A stretch of 64,000 nucleotides of DNA from Glaucostegus cemiculus. Taxonomy: Eukaryota. Positions 37,101-52,100 of this stretch are shown here, piece after piece. The translations under genes and the position numbers were made by a program. The notes under the pieces are model-generated. The model had not been told where the DNA came from. It saw nothing but the letters and a program-made list of their open reading frames with translations, and made no database searches. The DNA lies in contig CDPCPM010000213.1 in assembly GCA_976551045.1 (NCBI GenBank), forward strand, positions 9,982,001 through 10,046,000, read 5' to 3'. The number at the start of each line of letters is the position of its first letter. Positions within the stretch are counted from its first letter, which is position 1.

Positions 37101-40100
37101 CGGGTAATGACACAGGCCAACCCGTCAACACCTCAAATGGGTTTAGCCTAGTCTTTTTGTTTGGGGTTGCTCTGGTGCTGCATAGGAGCACGGGGAGGGC
37201 CGTAGGCCGTGGTACACCCTCCTTAGTCAGTCTTTGTTTGATAGTCCCATTCGTTCATTCCACCTGTCCTGAGGGCTCTGGATGATATGGATAGTGGAAG
37301 GACCATTCAATATTCATAAGTCAGCATAACTCCTGACATACATTTCCAGTGAAGTGTGTCCCTTGGTCAGAGTCACTGTGACATGGCAATCCCCATCTAG
37401 GGATGCAGTCCTTGATCAGAGTTGTTGCTGTATGTGGGGCAGTGGCTTTCCTTGCTGAAACAGCCTCTACCCACCACGAGAACTTGTCCACTATTACCAG
37501 TGTATCTGAGTATCCTTGGCGCTTTGGTAATGTAATGTAATCCACTTGTAAGTGCAAGAATGGTCCAGGTGGGGCCAGAGTACTTAATTGTGGTAGCTTT
37601 TCCGCTGCTCCTGGGTTTGTTTTCCTGCAGGTCATGCATCTCTCCAACGTCTGTCGGGCTTGTGACTTGCACTTTGGATTCCATCACCATTGGGAGAAGC
37701 TGCTGGACATCTTTTCCACTCCAATGTGTCATAAGGAGTGTATCTGCTGTGCCAGATAAGGAAGCAATGTGGTTGGGGCTACCAGTTTGTGACTAGTGCC
37801 ATACCTCCATACTCTTTCATTGTATAATTTTCCACCATTCCCAATCCAGGACCACATTTCTTCATTAGAGCATCGAGCTAGCATTTCTTGAGTATCCTGT
37901 ATGTTTGTGATAGAGAGTTCAAGTTTGTTCTCACGGCTTTAGTTGCCGGATTCACTTCATTTATTGTTTCATTCCTTCCTGTGCTGCCCTTTTTGCTGCT
38001 TCATCCACTAGTGCATTTCTGTGGCTCTCAACTGTGTCCATTTTGGAATGGCTTTCATATTTCAATATAGCCACTTCTGTCGGTAATTGTATAACGTCCA
38101 TTAATTCTTGTATCAATTGGCCATTTTTGATTGGGGTCCTACAGCTGTAAGAAATCCCTTTTGCCTCCATAGATTTCCAAAATCATGAACCACACCAAAA
38201 GCATATCAGGAGTTTGTGTAGATGTTAGCTGATTACACATGATGAGCGACTGTCGTCACTTGGACTGTACTCGGAGTACAGAAGAATGAGAGGGGACCTA
38301 ATAGAAACGTACAGGATGTTGAAAGGAATGGACAAAGTGAATGTGGTCAAGCTGTTTCCCTTGGTGGGAGAGTCCAGGACTAGAGGACACAACCTTAGAA
38401 TTAGAGGAAGCAGGTTCAAAACAGAGATAAGGAAGAATTTCTTTAGCCAGAGGGTGGTGAACCTGTGGAACACCTTACCACAGAAAGCAGTGGAAGCCAG
38501 ATCATTGGGGATATTCAAGAAGGAAATAGATAGATATCTAATTGGTCAAGGTATCAAGGGATATGGAGATAAGGCAGGGATTTGGACTTAGAATAGGTTT
38601 TATTTTCCCCCACCCTCCCTTCCCTTTGGAGCAGACTCGATGGGCCGACTGGCCTGCTTCTGCTCCATTATCTTGTGATCTTGTGATTTTTCTTCTGCCA
38701 TCCAACAGGGATTTTAATTCCACCTGTGGCGCAGAGGTACCAGGAGCCTATTTCCTGATACCGGGTCTTCAGCTTCAGAGGCAATAGCCCATCCAGCCAA
38801 GCTAACTCCTCCTTCATTCCTCCAGGAGCCATTTGTGAAAAGAGTCAGATCCGGGTTCAGTAGGGGAGTTTTTTTTATGGTGGGTTGCATCTTCATGACA
38901 GGTTGGTCATGGTCATCATGGTTCTCCTTGTCCAAGAGCAACAGTGTAGCTGGATTCACTTGCTGGATGATGGTTTTAGGTGCCTCAAGAACAGTGGACG
39001 ATTTGGACCACTGAACAACCAATACTTGAGAGGCCGTATTCATTGTCAGTAAGGTGTGTACAGATCAAAGACATTGGATGTTCGAGACTTGATTGAGTAC
39101 AATACTGGAAACAGCCACGACTGCCAGATAAGTTGCTTGCACTGCTCACAAACACGAACCCTATCCTAGTGCTACATTATCTAATTTGGCAGAATAATGG
39201 CCAATAGGATGCTGTTGGTCTCCATGTTCTTGAGTCAATACTGTAGCCATGCTTCTCACTGACATTTACGGTGAAAGGTTTACCCATGTCAGGGGTTTCT
39301 AATGAATGCGCTGTGCATGATGCTGCCTTTAGAGATTGAAACTCCTTCAACTATTCATCAGTGAGAGCCACAGGGGTGCCTGGGCACTTTCTGCCCTTTG
39401 ATAGATTGTTGAGTGGTTGTGTGATTTCAGTACACAAATTGACCCATGCTCTTTTGTAGTTACACACACCAGAAATGATCGGAGCTGCTGGACGATAGCA
39501 GGTGGTTTTGCTGACTTGATGGCCTTTGTACGATCCTCGGCGATTTCCCACTAACCTTGAGAAACTCTTTGTCCCAAGTAAATTACTTCCTCTTGTTGTA
39601 ATTGTGCCTTGTCCAAACTTGCTTTATGGACCTTGGAGGACAGATAATCAAGTAAGGAGAGTACATCACGTTCATGCTGGTCTGCAGCATCAGATGCAAT
39701 CAGGACATCATCCACATATTGTCGGATTAATGATTGATATGTCTCTCAGATGTTGCCTTGGAGCCTCATGGGCTGTTGTGGAACCCTTGTGGCAGCCTCA
39801 TCCACTGGTATTCTGTCCATTGACTGTGAAAGCCAACCATGGTTGACATTCAGGTGCCAGGGGTACAGACCATATCAATAACTGTGAACCACTTGGCCAC
39901 TAGAGGGGTTAATTTGTCAGTGCTTTGACTGGAAACCCTGTAACCCAGGTACCATTCACTTTCTGAAAGGGCCAAACCGGACTGTTTGATGGACTGTGAG
40001 TTTTGAGAAGAATTCCCCGCTTCTCCAGCTGATTAACGATAGGTAAAATACCTTCCATAGATGTTGTGCTGAAAGAATATTGCTTAGTACATGGGGCACC

Positions 40101-43100
40101 TTACCAATAAACATGACAGGATCCATTTCCAGCAGGCCGTGGTCATTTTCCTCATACAGCCATGTTAGGTGATTTGTTAGCTTCGACTTGACCAATTGCA
40201 TTTGGTTCCATACAACCTTACCCTTCACAAACTCAAGGATGCAGTTTAGGGTCAATAAGACATCCATTCCAAGGAAAGGCTGTGAGATGTTTCTCACCCA
40301 GAATTGTATTCTTTGTAGATGAGGACCAAGCTGCACTTCAACTGATTTATTTTTGCTTAGAGTCATTTTCTGTTCTCCAGCACCATATGCATACTTGTGA
40401 ATTTTGGTCAGTGATACTTTGCATTTTTGGGTAAAAGTTTCGGTTATACATGTTAGCTCAGCTCTGTTATCTAGTAACAATTCAGCACATTCGTTTTCAA
40501 TCAGTATTGTAACATATAGACCGTCTGCTTTTTACTCTATCAGGGTGAGCAAGGGCTGCAGGGAAGGAGCTCATCATTTTATTGACTTTGAGACTGTGTC
40601 CAAAAGTTGCCTTTGTTGATCAACAGTTAGTTGATGAAACCGTGCTGTCAGGTCAAGGTCTTCTGACATTGATGGAGAGGATGGTTGAGCCTGTTTCCAT
40701 TGACCACCTCACTTCCTGGCCCTACAACTTCTAGCCCAATGTCCCATTTCACCATAACAGTGACATGCACCTCTAGGGTCTTGGTCTCACTTCTGTCATT
40801 GGTCAATGTGGAGTCCTGCCTGTGATGCTCTTACTTGAACTTCCATGTCTTGTTGCACTCAGTTAGCAATATCCACTCTCTGGCTGTATGAAGTGTTAGG
40901 TTCATTCCAATTTGATTTTGTTAACCTAACCATTCTGGCAACATCTGGCTTCAGGCCATCTGTAAAGGTTGACTTTGGTGGACCGTATGTTACCTTCATT
41001 TACAGTTGGTGCTCCTGAGTGGTCCAGCCACACTGTTCTGAAGCATTTCTCGTATTCAAGGACATCCTCAGAATTCTTTTGCTTGCAGCTGATGACCTTT
41101 CCCCCAGTCTGTTGGTGTTAGGATTTGTTCATTCAACCACACCTTCATGGCATTCCAACCACCCTGTACATTTTGCTTATCATCTCCCATGTCAGAGCTA
41201 ACTTTATACATCAACTGTCTGACTTGACAAGGAGATAACATAATGGCCAGAATCTGGATGCCACCATATAGGTGCAGGTTGTATATATTCTTCATACACA
41301 GAAGTTCAGTGCGGGTCTTTGAACCTCCATTTTTAGGATGTGGGACTTCTTTGGACCATCAATCTTCTCAGGTTCAGCAGAAACACTTGTCTCCTTTCAT
41401 GGTATCCGCCACCATTCCTGTGCAGCTTCATTTGCTTGGCGTTTAATTGAGCTAGTCATGGCATGGCTGCCAATCCCATTTACTCATCATCGCTTAAATT
41501 GCTAGATGTCGATATGATAGGGTCTTTCAGCGGATACGATAGGGTCTTTCAAGAGACTGTTGGATAGGTACATGGAGGTAAATAAGATAGAAGGCTATGG
41601 GTAAGCCTAATAGTGTGGGGACATGTTCGGCATGGCTTTGTGGGCCGAAGGGCCTGAATTGTGCTGTAGTTATCTATGTTCTATGTCACTGTAGCATCAG
41701 TGTCATGGTTTGTCCTGCAATTCCTCTAAGTGTGGATAGAAGCGCTGTCTTGGATTAGTGCGTGTTGTAGGGGGTATGTTCCAAGAGGGAGGATGAATAA
41801 CAGGACCACCCCTTTGAGGTGGTCTTGCTGCGCTTCCCGACACTGCCTCAGTTTTTCCTGAGCTTTGTATGATTCACTTCAACTCTATCACACTTCTGTT
41901 TTCTCACTTGTTCAATGAACACACAGGATCTGTTCTTTAGTTTTTTTATAGTCTCCATCATATTGACTTTGTAACTGAACACGTTCTCTTTCTTTGTGGT
42001 GATAAGACTGCTAACGTCCATCCAGTTTTCTTCTTTCCCTCAGGCATTCTCTGGATCTTACCCCACACCATTTTAATATCATCTAGCAGCCAGATACCAC
42101 TGGACTCAGCACTGATAGTATATTTCATTCTGATTTCTTCACTAGACTTACCCAGTTGGAATACTTTGTTTAGATAAGAACTCAAACCCTCAGTCATCTG
42201 TTCATAAATTACAACTGGAAGTTCAGTTCCCCTTTTCCTGTGGTAGATTTCTTCTCTAATTTGGCCATGGCGTTAATTCTCCTCCTACTACATGTGTAGA
42301 CATAGAACAATTGTTCACTTACTAGGAGCCTACAGCCCACATCAATGGGAGACCAGTGTACCAATAGGAACCCATAGCCCAAAACAATGGGAGCCTATAG
42401 CCCGAGTCAATATATTGTACAATCGAAATTCGAATGGGCCATACACAGCTGAATAGATTATGCTGAATCATCAATAGGCTATTGCACAGCTGAACAGTTA
42501 AGCTTCACTTAGAATAGGGCAGAGTAGAGGATCCATGGATTTTATCTTCACTCTTAGACTTCCTTTAATTAGTGTACTGAGGTAAGAGCAAGGTGCTTCT
42601 CTGATGATTAGGAGGGCGTTACCTCCTGTTGGATGCAGGTGTTGAAACTTTCTGTCTCATTTGGGATTCTTCCTGTCCTTAGGCTTCTCAACTATTCTGC
42701 CGACTATGCCAAGTTGCTAGATCTGGATGTGATGTTAACCAGAAGGTTCTTTGGAAGTCAATAGTAAGACACCAAACTTATGGTCACTGCTATGGGTTTA
42801 CCATTAGATGTTCATCAGAGAGTGTAGATAAGATGGTGTCAGCAAGTAAAAACAGGTACTGGCTGTGAGCAGCAAGTAAAACAAAGAACTTGTCTTCATG
42901 CTCTCCCTTTATATTGCAAACCAGTATGAAAGTGTTGACAAACAGGTGGTCATACAAACATATTAGCCAGGGTAAAGAAAACAAACTATAAGAAAAAGAC
43001 AACAATCTGGACCCTAACCCAAGAAAGTCAATAGAACAAAAGTAAAATGCACAACCACAAATAAACTACAAATTTTGTTGAAGTGGTGGAGGATGAATTG

Positions 43101-46100
43101 TTATTTGGGGGCAGTGCATTATTTAAGATTTATAGACCAGGAGGTTGTGAATAGTAGCTCCTATTCTACTAAAAAATTCTATAGGGAATTCTAGTTGGGG
43201 GTGTAGTTGGTGCAGGTGAGCCAAAGGGAGGGAGATATTCAGTCGTAATCCTCTGACAACTGTGGTGTCAGAAGGCTCGATGAAGCCTTTTCCTGCTCAT
43301 CAATATTGTACATATGTAATCTGTTAGAACAAAGTCCAAGATTTCACATTCATGTTAAGTCCAATTCATGTTAGTGATTTTGTCTGTTTGGTGCACATCT
43401 CCATATTTAGTCTCTACTTGTAACAGTTTACATACTCAAACATGCAACATATCAGAGGAATGTACATGTTCACCATTGCTTGAAATGGACTCACCCCATG
43501 GTTGAAACAGATATCTCCATTTGCACTCTGTGGGCAAGAGCTCAAGTTGAAGGCTTGTATTGGTAGGCATTTGTGGTCAAGACACATCATGTTGGGTCCA
43601 CAGGTGGTACCATCTTCTACATAACCAAGACTGGTTCCATCATCCAGTTCAACGTGGCCACCCCTGAGAACCATTCGATAGTACCATCAATGCTCAATTT
43701 AATCAACATCACACATTGCTCGTTCACTCCCTTTTGACTGTAGTAAATCAAGATCAGAGATGAAGAAAAATATCACATTTCCCCTAATCTGACAAAGGCA
43801 AGCCATGGATTCATGATGCCCTTCTCAGGCAAATGTCTTAGCAAACACCAGTAAACTACAGTCCACACATCTGCAGTTCAAGCAGGGATTGCTGGAAACG
43901 ACTATTCTGTCTCAAAGCCATGGCCAACAAGACAACTGCAAACATTGCCTAGAATGACAGCAATTAAGGAGAGACAAAGCATCAGAGCCAAATGCTTCCC
44001 CATGAACTGGGCACTTTGTCACTGCCCTGATTAATCAATCACAACAGTTGTAGCGAAGGATAAACAATGCTCTGATAATACCCTATGAAAACAGCATACT
44101 TACCCTAATCTGAGGAAACAAAATAAACTTGGTATAAATTTATCTCTAAAGCCTCTGTTTACAGCAAAACAAATTTTTATTCAGTGCCTTCATTTAGTTT
44201 TAATAAACACTCCAAGACCAGGTTGTTAATACAATCTGCTCTGTGAACTATTTATATTATCTTTCTGAATCCAGTACAAAGCATTACGGTGGCAAGTATG
44301 ATTTCATAATTTCCAATAATTTAATGTACAATTGGCCAAATATTGCAGGGTAATGATAACACTTTTCCTTAGCTGTTTTCATGGCAGTATGTCCAGGAAT
44401 TCCTTCCACATGCAACCAAATGCAGAAGTCCCACATACACTGTCAGATTTGGAGCCTGGTCTTGCTGGGGTTCTCATGCAGGACAACTGTGGTGGTGCAT
44501 TGATTAACAGACTGAACCATTGTTCTAGATAGGAGGTAGAATCCCAGCATAGCCCCTGGGGAACTTAGACTCAAATAAGTAGTGAAGGCCCAGTCTCAGT
44601 AATGCTTAACATAAACCTATTGTAAAACCTCATCTGGTTTATTAATATCCATCAGGGAAGGAAATCTGCTGTCCTTGCCCAATATGGCTTACACATGACA
44701 ACATGCTCAGCAAAGTGGTTGATATTTAATAGCCTCAGTTCAGGGGCAGTTAGAATGGAGAATAAATGCTGGCGCTGCCAGTGGCATCCACTGTGGAATC
44801 ACCTTGTGCCAGATTAGGCCTCATCGATTTCAGTGGGGACTGTAAGACTGAGGATTGGGAGACACCTTAAAAGTATTTCACTTTAATTATTTAAAGACAA
44901 TTAAATCTCTTAATAATCTCTCACACTTCAAGATCTACTCCAAAAGAAGTAACTAATTATGGTGTGCCTCTAATGATGAAACTTTAATAAATATATCTTG
45001 AAGGAACTCCTGGAGTTCCTACCAAACATCTTTATTTTCCTTCATTGAAGGTCAAACAGGAACCTTGCCCTGATTCTAATGTCTTAAAGTAATATAGTTC
45101 AAGGTTCTACATCGTCTCTGGGTGGTTATCTTAGATTCTCAATACAGTGCAGTCAGATCATTACCTGCAATCCATGTACTTGTTTTGATGGTATAAAATC
45201 ATACTGGTGACGTCCCCTTTAAGAACTCCACGTCTTGGAGGTTGAGTGATATTGGAACAGAAAAGATAACCGCAAAGAACATCCCTATGTAAAGCAGGGA
45301 GAATTCAGTTACTAACCTCTGAGGAACTTCCTAATTAGGATTCAAGAATTAAGAGTCAAGATGATGCTTTCATGCACATGTGTAATAAATTATCCTGAGT
45401 CATTGTAGGGAGGTTCAGAATGAGCCATTGTTTGTGCAAAACATTTGGTGTAGAAGCATAAATTGACCACTAGGTTCTGCCAGTTTGAAACCTGTAGCAC
45501 AATTCTTCTTTGCCTTAACTTCCTGGACAATCATAATCTTAAAAGGTTTGTATAGCGAGAAGGTATGGGTCTATGTGCATACATTTGCCCCAGAATTCAA
45601 AGGATGGGTACGGTCCCTTTCAAATGCCAACGAAACGAGTTCCTATGCATGTCTCTGCTTGGCCCAAGTATTGAAGTTCAACAACTGTCAACGCCTCCAG
45701 GAGAGAAGGGGACAATGAAAAAAGCAAAAAGAAAACTTGAGGTGGCAGAATGCAGTATTTGATACCTACAGAATCTGACAAACGAACGGAATTGAATGAC
45801 TGTGCTCAACATATTTGAAAGCCAGAGTAACAAGACCAAGCATTCACCAACTGCACTTGGGATGCAAATGGTAGGATCAAAGACCAGTGATACTTGAGTG
45901 AACATTCAATAGACGAGAAGGCTGGTGATGGACTTAGGTAAAACTAGGGAGCAGGACACTGGGAGTAAAGTTTCCCTGAGGCACAGTTGACCTTTGGAAC
46001 AAGATTACAAAGGAGGAAATGAAGAACACTGCTTTCTAATTCTACTAAACAGACAACAAATGGCTTTCTAGAAAAGAAATTGATAATGGCAGATTCAGGG

Positions 46101-49100
46101 CTAGGGATCACCATGTGACTCTTTTTCATCTGGTATAGTGCAATAAGCTAAATCACCTCCATGTCCTAAATTTTCTTTGATTCATGTGGGAAGTGCAAGA
46201 TACGGGTGAAGATCTAATGGGCTTGGGACCAGCTGGGGCTTTTCTGGATGTTGGTGAAGGTTTAGTGATGCTCACATGGTAAGTTATCTTTTTATTAGCT
46301 CACCCAGGAGCTGGAGGGCAGCTATGCCAAGTATAATGGGATAGAATTAGCTAAAGGCTTTAGCGGTAGTGGAGGCACACTCGTTTGGAACCATTAGGTT
46401 TCCCTCGTCCTGGACACAAACACAAGTACACAAACGAGAAAGGAAAAGCAGAACCCAGAAGAAACAACAACACAGTTCAAGCAAAAGGCTGCTTTTTGGT
46501 GTTGGTGGCTAAATGGTATCTACTTACTGCTTGCTGCACTGAAGCCAGTTCTGGCCATCTTTACCACAGTTTCCCTTTTCAGTTCCCTCAACATTCAGCT
46601 TTTCATAACAGAATCGATCTGCGGAACCTTAAATCAAACCAAACTGTTTTCAGTCTACTCTTTCAAAACTTCAAATTATTTCCTTAGGTCTGCTGGGCGC
46701 ATGCTTTTACATAAACTACTGCAACAAACAACAGACATATTCTAGTAACAGATTAGGGAACAGGTGGAGGTAAAAGAAATTGTCTGAATTTCATTTCTTA
46801 AATGTTTCTCCTATGGCATCACATGAAAAGGACCCTCAGAGATGGCCCAAAATGGACTTACTTTTACTGGGAGTTTGGTAGAGAACTATGGGAAGGCATT
46901 CTCTGTGGGTCAGTTCGTCACTGAGTTCCAGGCTGCACATTGCAATGCAGATGTCAGAGATAAGCTGGAAATCAGCTGTTGACGCACCTGACCTCCTGAT
47001 CTGCCAATGGACTCGCCACCAAGTCCTGGGCAGACTTTTACCTCTTTTTCTACCTTGATATACATTCTATGATGCATTGCTGACAAGCATTGCTCTAAAC
47101 AACTCAAACGTTCTAAATAATGAAAATCAAGAAAAGGTTCAAACATGGTGGTAAAAATTATAAGTATTCATTTTTAAAAATATATTTACATAAAATAGGT
47201 ATGCTAATAATGTTTAACTCCACATTTGAAAATAATCAATAATTTTTTGATATTTTCATGAATACATTACATTCAATGTATTTTTTTTCCCCAATATAAA
47301 AGGATGATCCATTCAGGAACTGATGGGATCCCTCCCGCCTGAACCAACTGAGTGCACACTTACCACGACCCCAGATGAAATTGCACTGCCTATCCCTGGT
47401 CTGGCATCTGCCACCATAGCAACGGCCCTGAGAAACAAGAACGAGAAGCTCCAATGCAGTGTAGTAGTAAAGCATTAACATTTGGATACTTACGGATACT
47501 GCAAAACATAAAGCAAACGTTCCTCCCACTAAGCCATGTTCAAAATAACTCGTCAGAACTCCTATCTTTAGTTTCACTCTGCGGTCCTACGAAGACCTGC
47601 TATTTTAACTTTCCTTTCTTAGCAGGGTACATCTCTGTTGGTGTTACCCGCAGAAGTGCCAATGTGCGATCCCATATGGCATCTCAGAGCAGGGCATTTA
47701 GATCAATCTGTGTGCCATCTAGAAGGGCTTCATGCCTCTGTAAAGTCAGTGCCAGATGGATGCACCCCAGTAACCTGGTCATTTTTTTTTCTGAATTGGG
47801 TGTTTTCCAGTTGGCACCCAGGAGCAGAAGGAGCCCAAATTACAATCAATGCACAAAGTAACTGAACATTACAAGACTGCTTGGATCAAAATGTACTTGA
47901 ACGTATTTTGTTTTTTTAAATCAGTCTAGAGGATCCAAAACCAACAGTGAAGGGCACTGTTACACACCTAGACAGCTCCTGCAATTAATATATACCACAT
48001 CTCCTAAAAGGTAGTCTTGATTCAGATGGTTTAAAACAAAAACTTCACTGCAAGCATAACATAATGTTTGAAAGCCATGGATGAAGTAACATCAGAGGTA
48101 TCAGTGGGTTCATGCACTTGGTGAGTATTATCTTACTGTTTAAATCAAAAGATCTTTGGGGCTTAATACTTGAAGTGTATTGAGTTGGGGAAGCAATAGA
48201 CTTGCCAGCACCCAGGGCATGAAGGAATACAGACTTCAATTGTACTTTGTTTCAAATCAATGACCAGTGATGCTTACTAAAAATACATCCTGGGTCACAT
48301 CTAATGATTCCTGGAATCAAATACCTTGCCAGTGCACAATGGCTAAGACTAGATAAAAAGTAAAGGCATGAAGGATATCTTGTACTGATGGAACTAACAT
48401 TATTAAGGGCTCAAATTTCTCAAGAAAATTTATGAAAAAGGGGGAAAACAATGATTGAGAAGTCAAACCACATCTTTGAGTAAACACCTGCTTTTCAATG
48501 TAAATGCATTTTGAGGGGGAAAGTTAAACCTGGAAAGCGATCATACAAAAGGATCTCGGCGAATTGCAATCAACCCTGGAACCAGAACTCCAAAGAAACT
48601 GTGTTACTGAGAAAATTCAAAAGTCAAAACACAGAGCCCAACTGTGATGTCCTGATGAAGCACATTACCTGTTCATTGTCACAATAGTAGCCATCCAGTT
48701 TATGAACATTCCAAGGGCACTGGAGAAAGAGAAATTGTTAAATCAATGAGAGCAGTTAGTATTGCTGTTAAAATTTCACAGTGTTTCAGAGTTTGTTTGG
48801 AGCCTTTCTCCCACTTTGGTGTGAAGAATGAAAATTGGCAACACAGCAAATAAAAGTGATCATCCCTCCAGATGGAGGTCCCTTAATTTGCCATTGAACT
48901 CTCAGCATACTTAATCATAAACTTCACATCTACTCCACTAAGATGACCAGTCTATTAAATCACATATTGATCACAGAAAAACCAGTGAGCATTTCAACAG
49001 AAGTTTCAGTCTCTCCGATGTTGATATTGAGTCCAAGTAAGTTTTACAGAAAGACAAAGCTGAACTTGCTTCCACTGAATTAAAAGAGGAAGGAACGACA

Positions 49101-52100
49101 CAATAACGTCTTTAAAATATCCAGAAGCATTGTTGACAAATGTGTAATTGACAAAAGCAGGCATGGAGCAACAGAGCAGAACTAAATGTACTACTTAAAT
49201 ATTAAAGATTTCAAGTGAAATTTCTTGTTTTTTTTCTTCCTCCATAGTGCAATGAAAGTAATTGCCCAGATAAATACTTGGTCAGGAATCACATACACGT
49301 AGACTAATGACCTGCACCATCTGCCTACCTGAATTTATCTTCAAATACTTCATGGCTATGTCCCCTCTCATCACCACAATCTCTTCAACTTGTTTCTCTT
49401 CCTCCATCCTTTGACTCTGGGATTTGAGGGTTTTTTTTTGTCCTTCCCCCAACCCCAGAGTTCATTTCTCCCTATTTTCTGTCGTCTAAAAGCCCCTTTC
49501 CCTTGCTATTCATCATCATCTCTGAAAGACTTTTCAAAACCTATATTTTTTCTTAAACTTTCACTTACTTATTCTAATTCTGTCACAGTGCCTCAACACC
49601 ATATCTTTCTTCCTCTGTCTCCCCTTTGCTGCGATAGGTTTTAAATGTACTAATTGTGGAGATTAGAGATTAAATGTAAAAAAAAACCCATCTCAGGAAA
49701 TCAAAGGGGAGTGCTGTACTGTGAATGGTACCCGTGATGGGAAAAGCTGCTTAGGCCTCGTGTTCCTTCATATCTGATTACAGCTTTGTAATCAAGTCGC
49801 TGAAGTTTATTTTTGATCTGCATAACAATACTTTCTGCTGTGTGTTATCACTATGCCTAATGTTAGAAGGAAGAGACACAAATATCCATTATAATTAACA
49901 CTACACAAATATATTTAGAATTAAAGTTGCAAGGCTGTTTGCACAAAATAATTTAAAGAAGTGGGATTATCCCAAACAGTTGTTAAGCAATTCTTTTCCC
50001 TTTGCTTTCAATGTAATGACATTAATGGGATCACGAATACATGAAATATCTGCAATGAGCAAACAAGAAATTCTCCCACCTGGCTGGAGTCCCCTGTGCA
50101 GGTCTCGGCAATATCACAGTCATTCACGGCCTGCCTGCAAATCGCACCACGTGGTTCATACTGGAAAAGAAGAGGAGGAGAGGCTTTATTCCATACAGAG
50201 AAGTGAGACAATATTGGACTATGGATTCCCACTTGTGGAAGAGCTATTGTAAATGCTAACAAGATTTTGCTCTATTCAGTGCAGCTGAAAGGTTTGAGAC
50301 TGGAACCCAGTGACATCCACAGATCATGGAGCCAAATGGTGTGAAGTTTGTTTAATGGGGTTGCATCATATATGAAGACCCAGAATCTGTGTTCAGCGGC
50401 AGGTCATTTGTGTTAACTACTAACCAACCAGAAAAGTCCCCACCTATTATGTATTGTTCCCCAATTGAGGACTTATGAAAAAAAGCTGACTTGATCCACT
50501 AAGCAAAGCCTTCCATGCCATAAATACTGGTTGCATTTAAATCACAACTCCAAATTTATCTAAATATATTTGGTTGATTATAATCTCCCTGGAATTGCTG
50601 GTGCCCATTTACTGTTTCATTCCCCTTATTCCAAAATAAGATCGAGTCTTAAAACAGCTAAAAATACTTTGATATCAGGCAATGTCATGGCTCCTGTCTT
50701 AGCTGGTTGTCAAAACTATCAAAAAACTATGAATGTTTCTGACATTCTGGAAGATTCAAAAACTATTGAAGTGTTTCAACAAATTCTATGCGTGGAATGG
50801 GCTGCCGGAAACAGTGGTGGAGGCGGATACGATAGGGTCTTTCAAGAGACTGTTAGATAGGTACATGTGGCCATGGGTAAGCCTAGTAATTTCTAGTGTA
50901 GGGACATCTTCGGCACAGCTTTGTGGGCCAAAGGGCCTGAATTGTGCTGTAGGTGTTCTATGTTTCTGTTTCTAAATAAATCTACTTCAAAAATATTCAA
51001 AAAGCTAAAGTTAGAAGCAGTAACTAAATGTAGCTGTTCTCCATTGATATCAATGAAGCTGTCCTTGAGCCAGATCCAATCATAGTTGGTTGGTTATTGC
51101 TGCAATTTCCCATTCTTATAACAAGCAGTCCATATCAGAGCCTAGTCAGAAAATCTACCAAGGACAACTGCCCAAACCTTCTGTATGGAATTATTGGTAT
51201 TTCCCCCACATCCCAGCCATTAAGTCTTACTTTATTGTTATATAGGATATAATCAGGAAAATATAAATTCAAGTACATTAGCCATTGAAATTCAGGAACA
51301 AAATGGCAATGAAGAGGACTCCAGTGATTGTCTCAGAATGTAGCATACTAGCCATTTAACTAGAATGGAAATCTTTGGATGATGATTAAGAAAAAATAAA
51401 GTCCTCTCCAGATCATATAACACAAATCCATTCTTTTCAAAGCTCAATCACTTGTTTACTGGGGTATATAGTCGTCAGTCATTTCAATCCATCTTGCATT
51501 GTTTCTCAAAACATTAAGATGCTATTTTCCATTAGCTACAGCCAAACATTATTGAGAAAGAGGGTCATGCATTAACAAATATAAACTTAATGGCTGCAGA
51601 ACAATACAATTCATATAATATATATATATATATATAAATATAATAAATTGTATATGAATGAATGTGAATAATTGCTGCTGGTGCCTGCAGGTTGTAGAAG
51701 GTAACCGTGGCTTCCTGGAGCTCACTTGAATGACTTTGAAGGTCTCATTAGTTCCAGTATATTTTCTATTTTTACTTTTGCTTAGGAGATTCTGTGATTT
51801 GTGGGATGTGGGTTATCACCAGCAAGCCCAACATTTAAACTCCATTCCAATTCTCTTGGGAAGTTGGTGGTGAACTGCCTTTTTGAACTGGCATGATCCT
51901 TGTGTTGAGCACATTCCCACACTGCTGCTCAGCTAGGTGTTCCACTACTTTGACCCATAACGACAGATCAGTAATATTTTTGCCACATCAAGATTGTGTT
52001 TCGTTGGAGGATAATCTGCAGTTAGCAATATTCCCATGTGCCCATTGCCACTGTCCTTCTACATGGTAGAAATCATGGATTTGATTGATACCCCCAAAGA

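Larger units (their letters stand above)
35581..43020 (-). mobile_element. Degenerate endogenous retrovirus (5'LTR-PBS-gag-pro-pol-spacer-truncated env-3'LTR remnant) in an ADAM11 intron
   Basis: Shared LTR end TGyTAGATCTGGATGTG at 35581 and 42715; PBS; zinc knuckle; protease; RT YVDD; RNase H; integrase; env CWIC. Right boundary is approximate. Confidence 0.92.
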
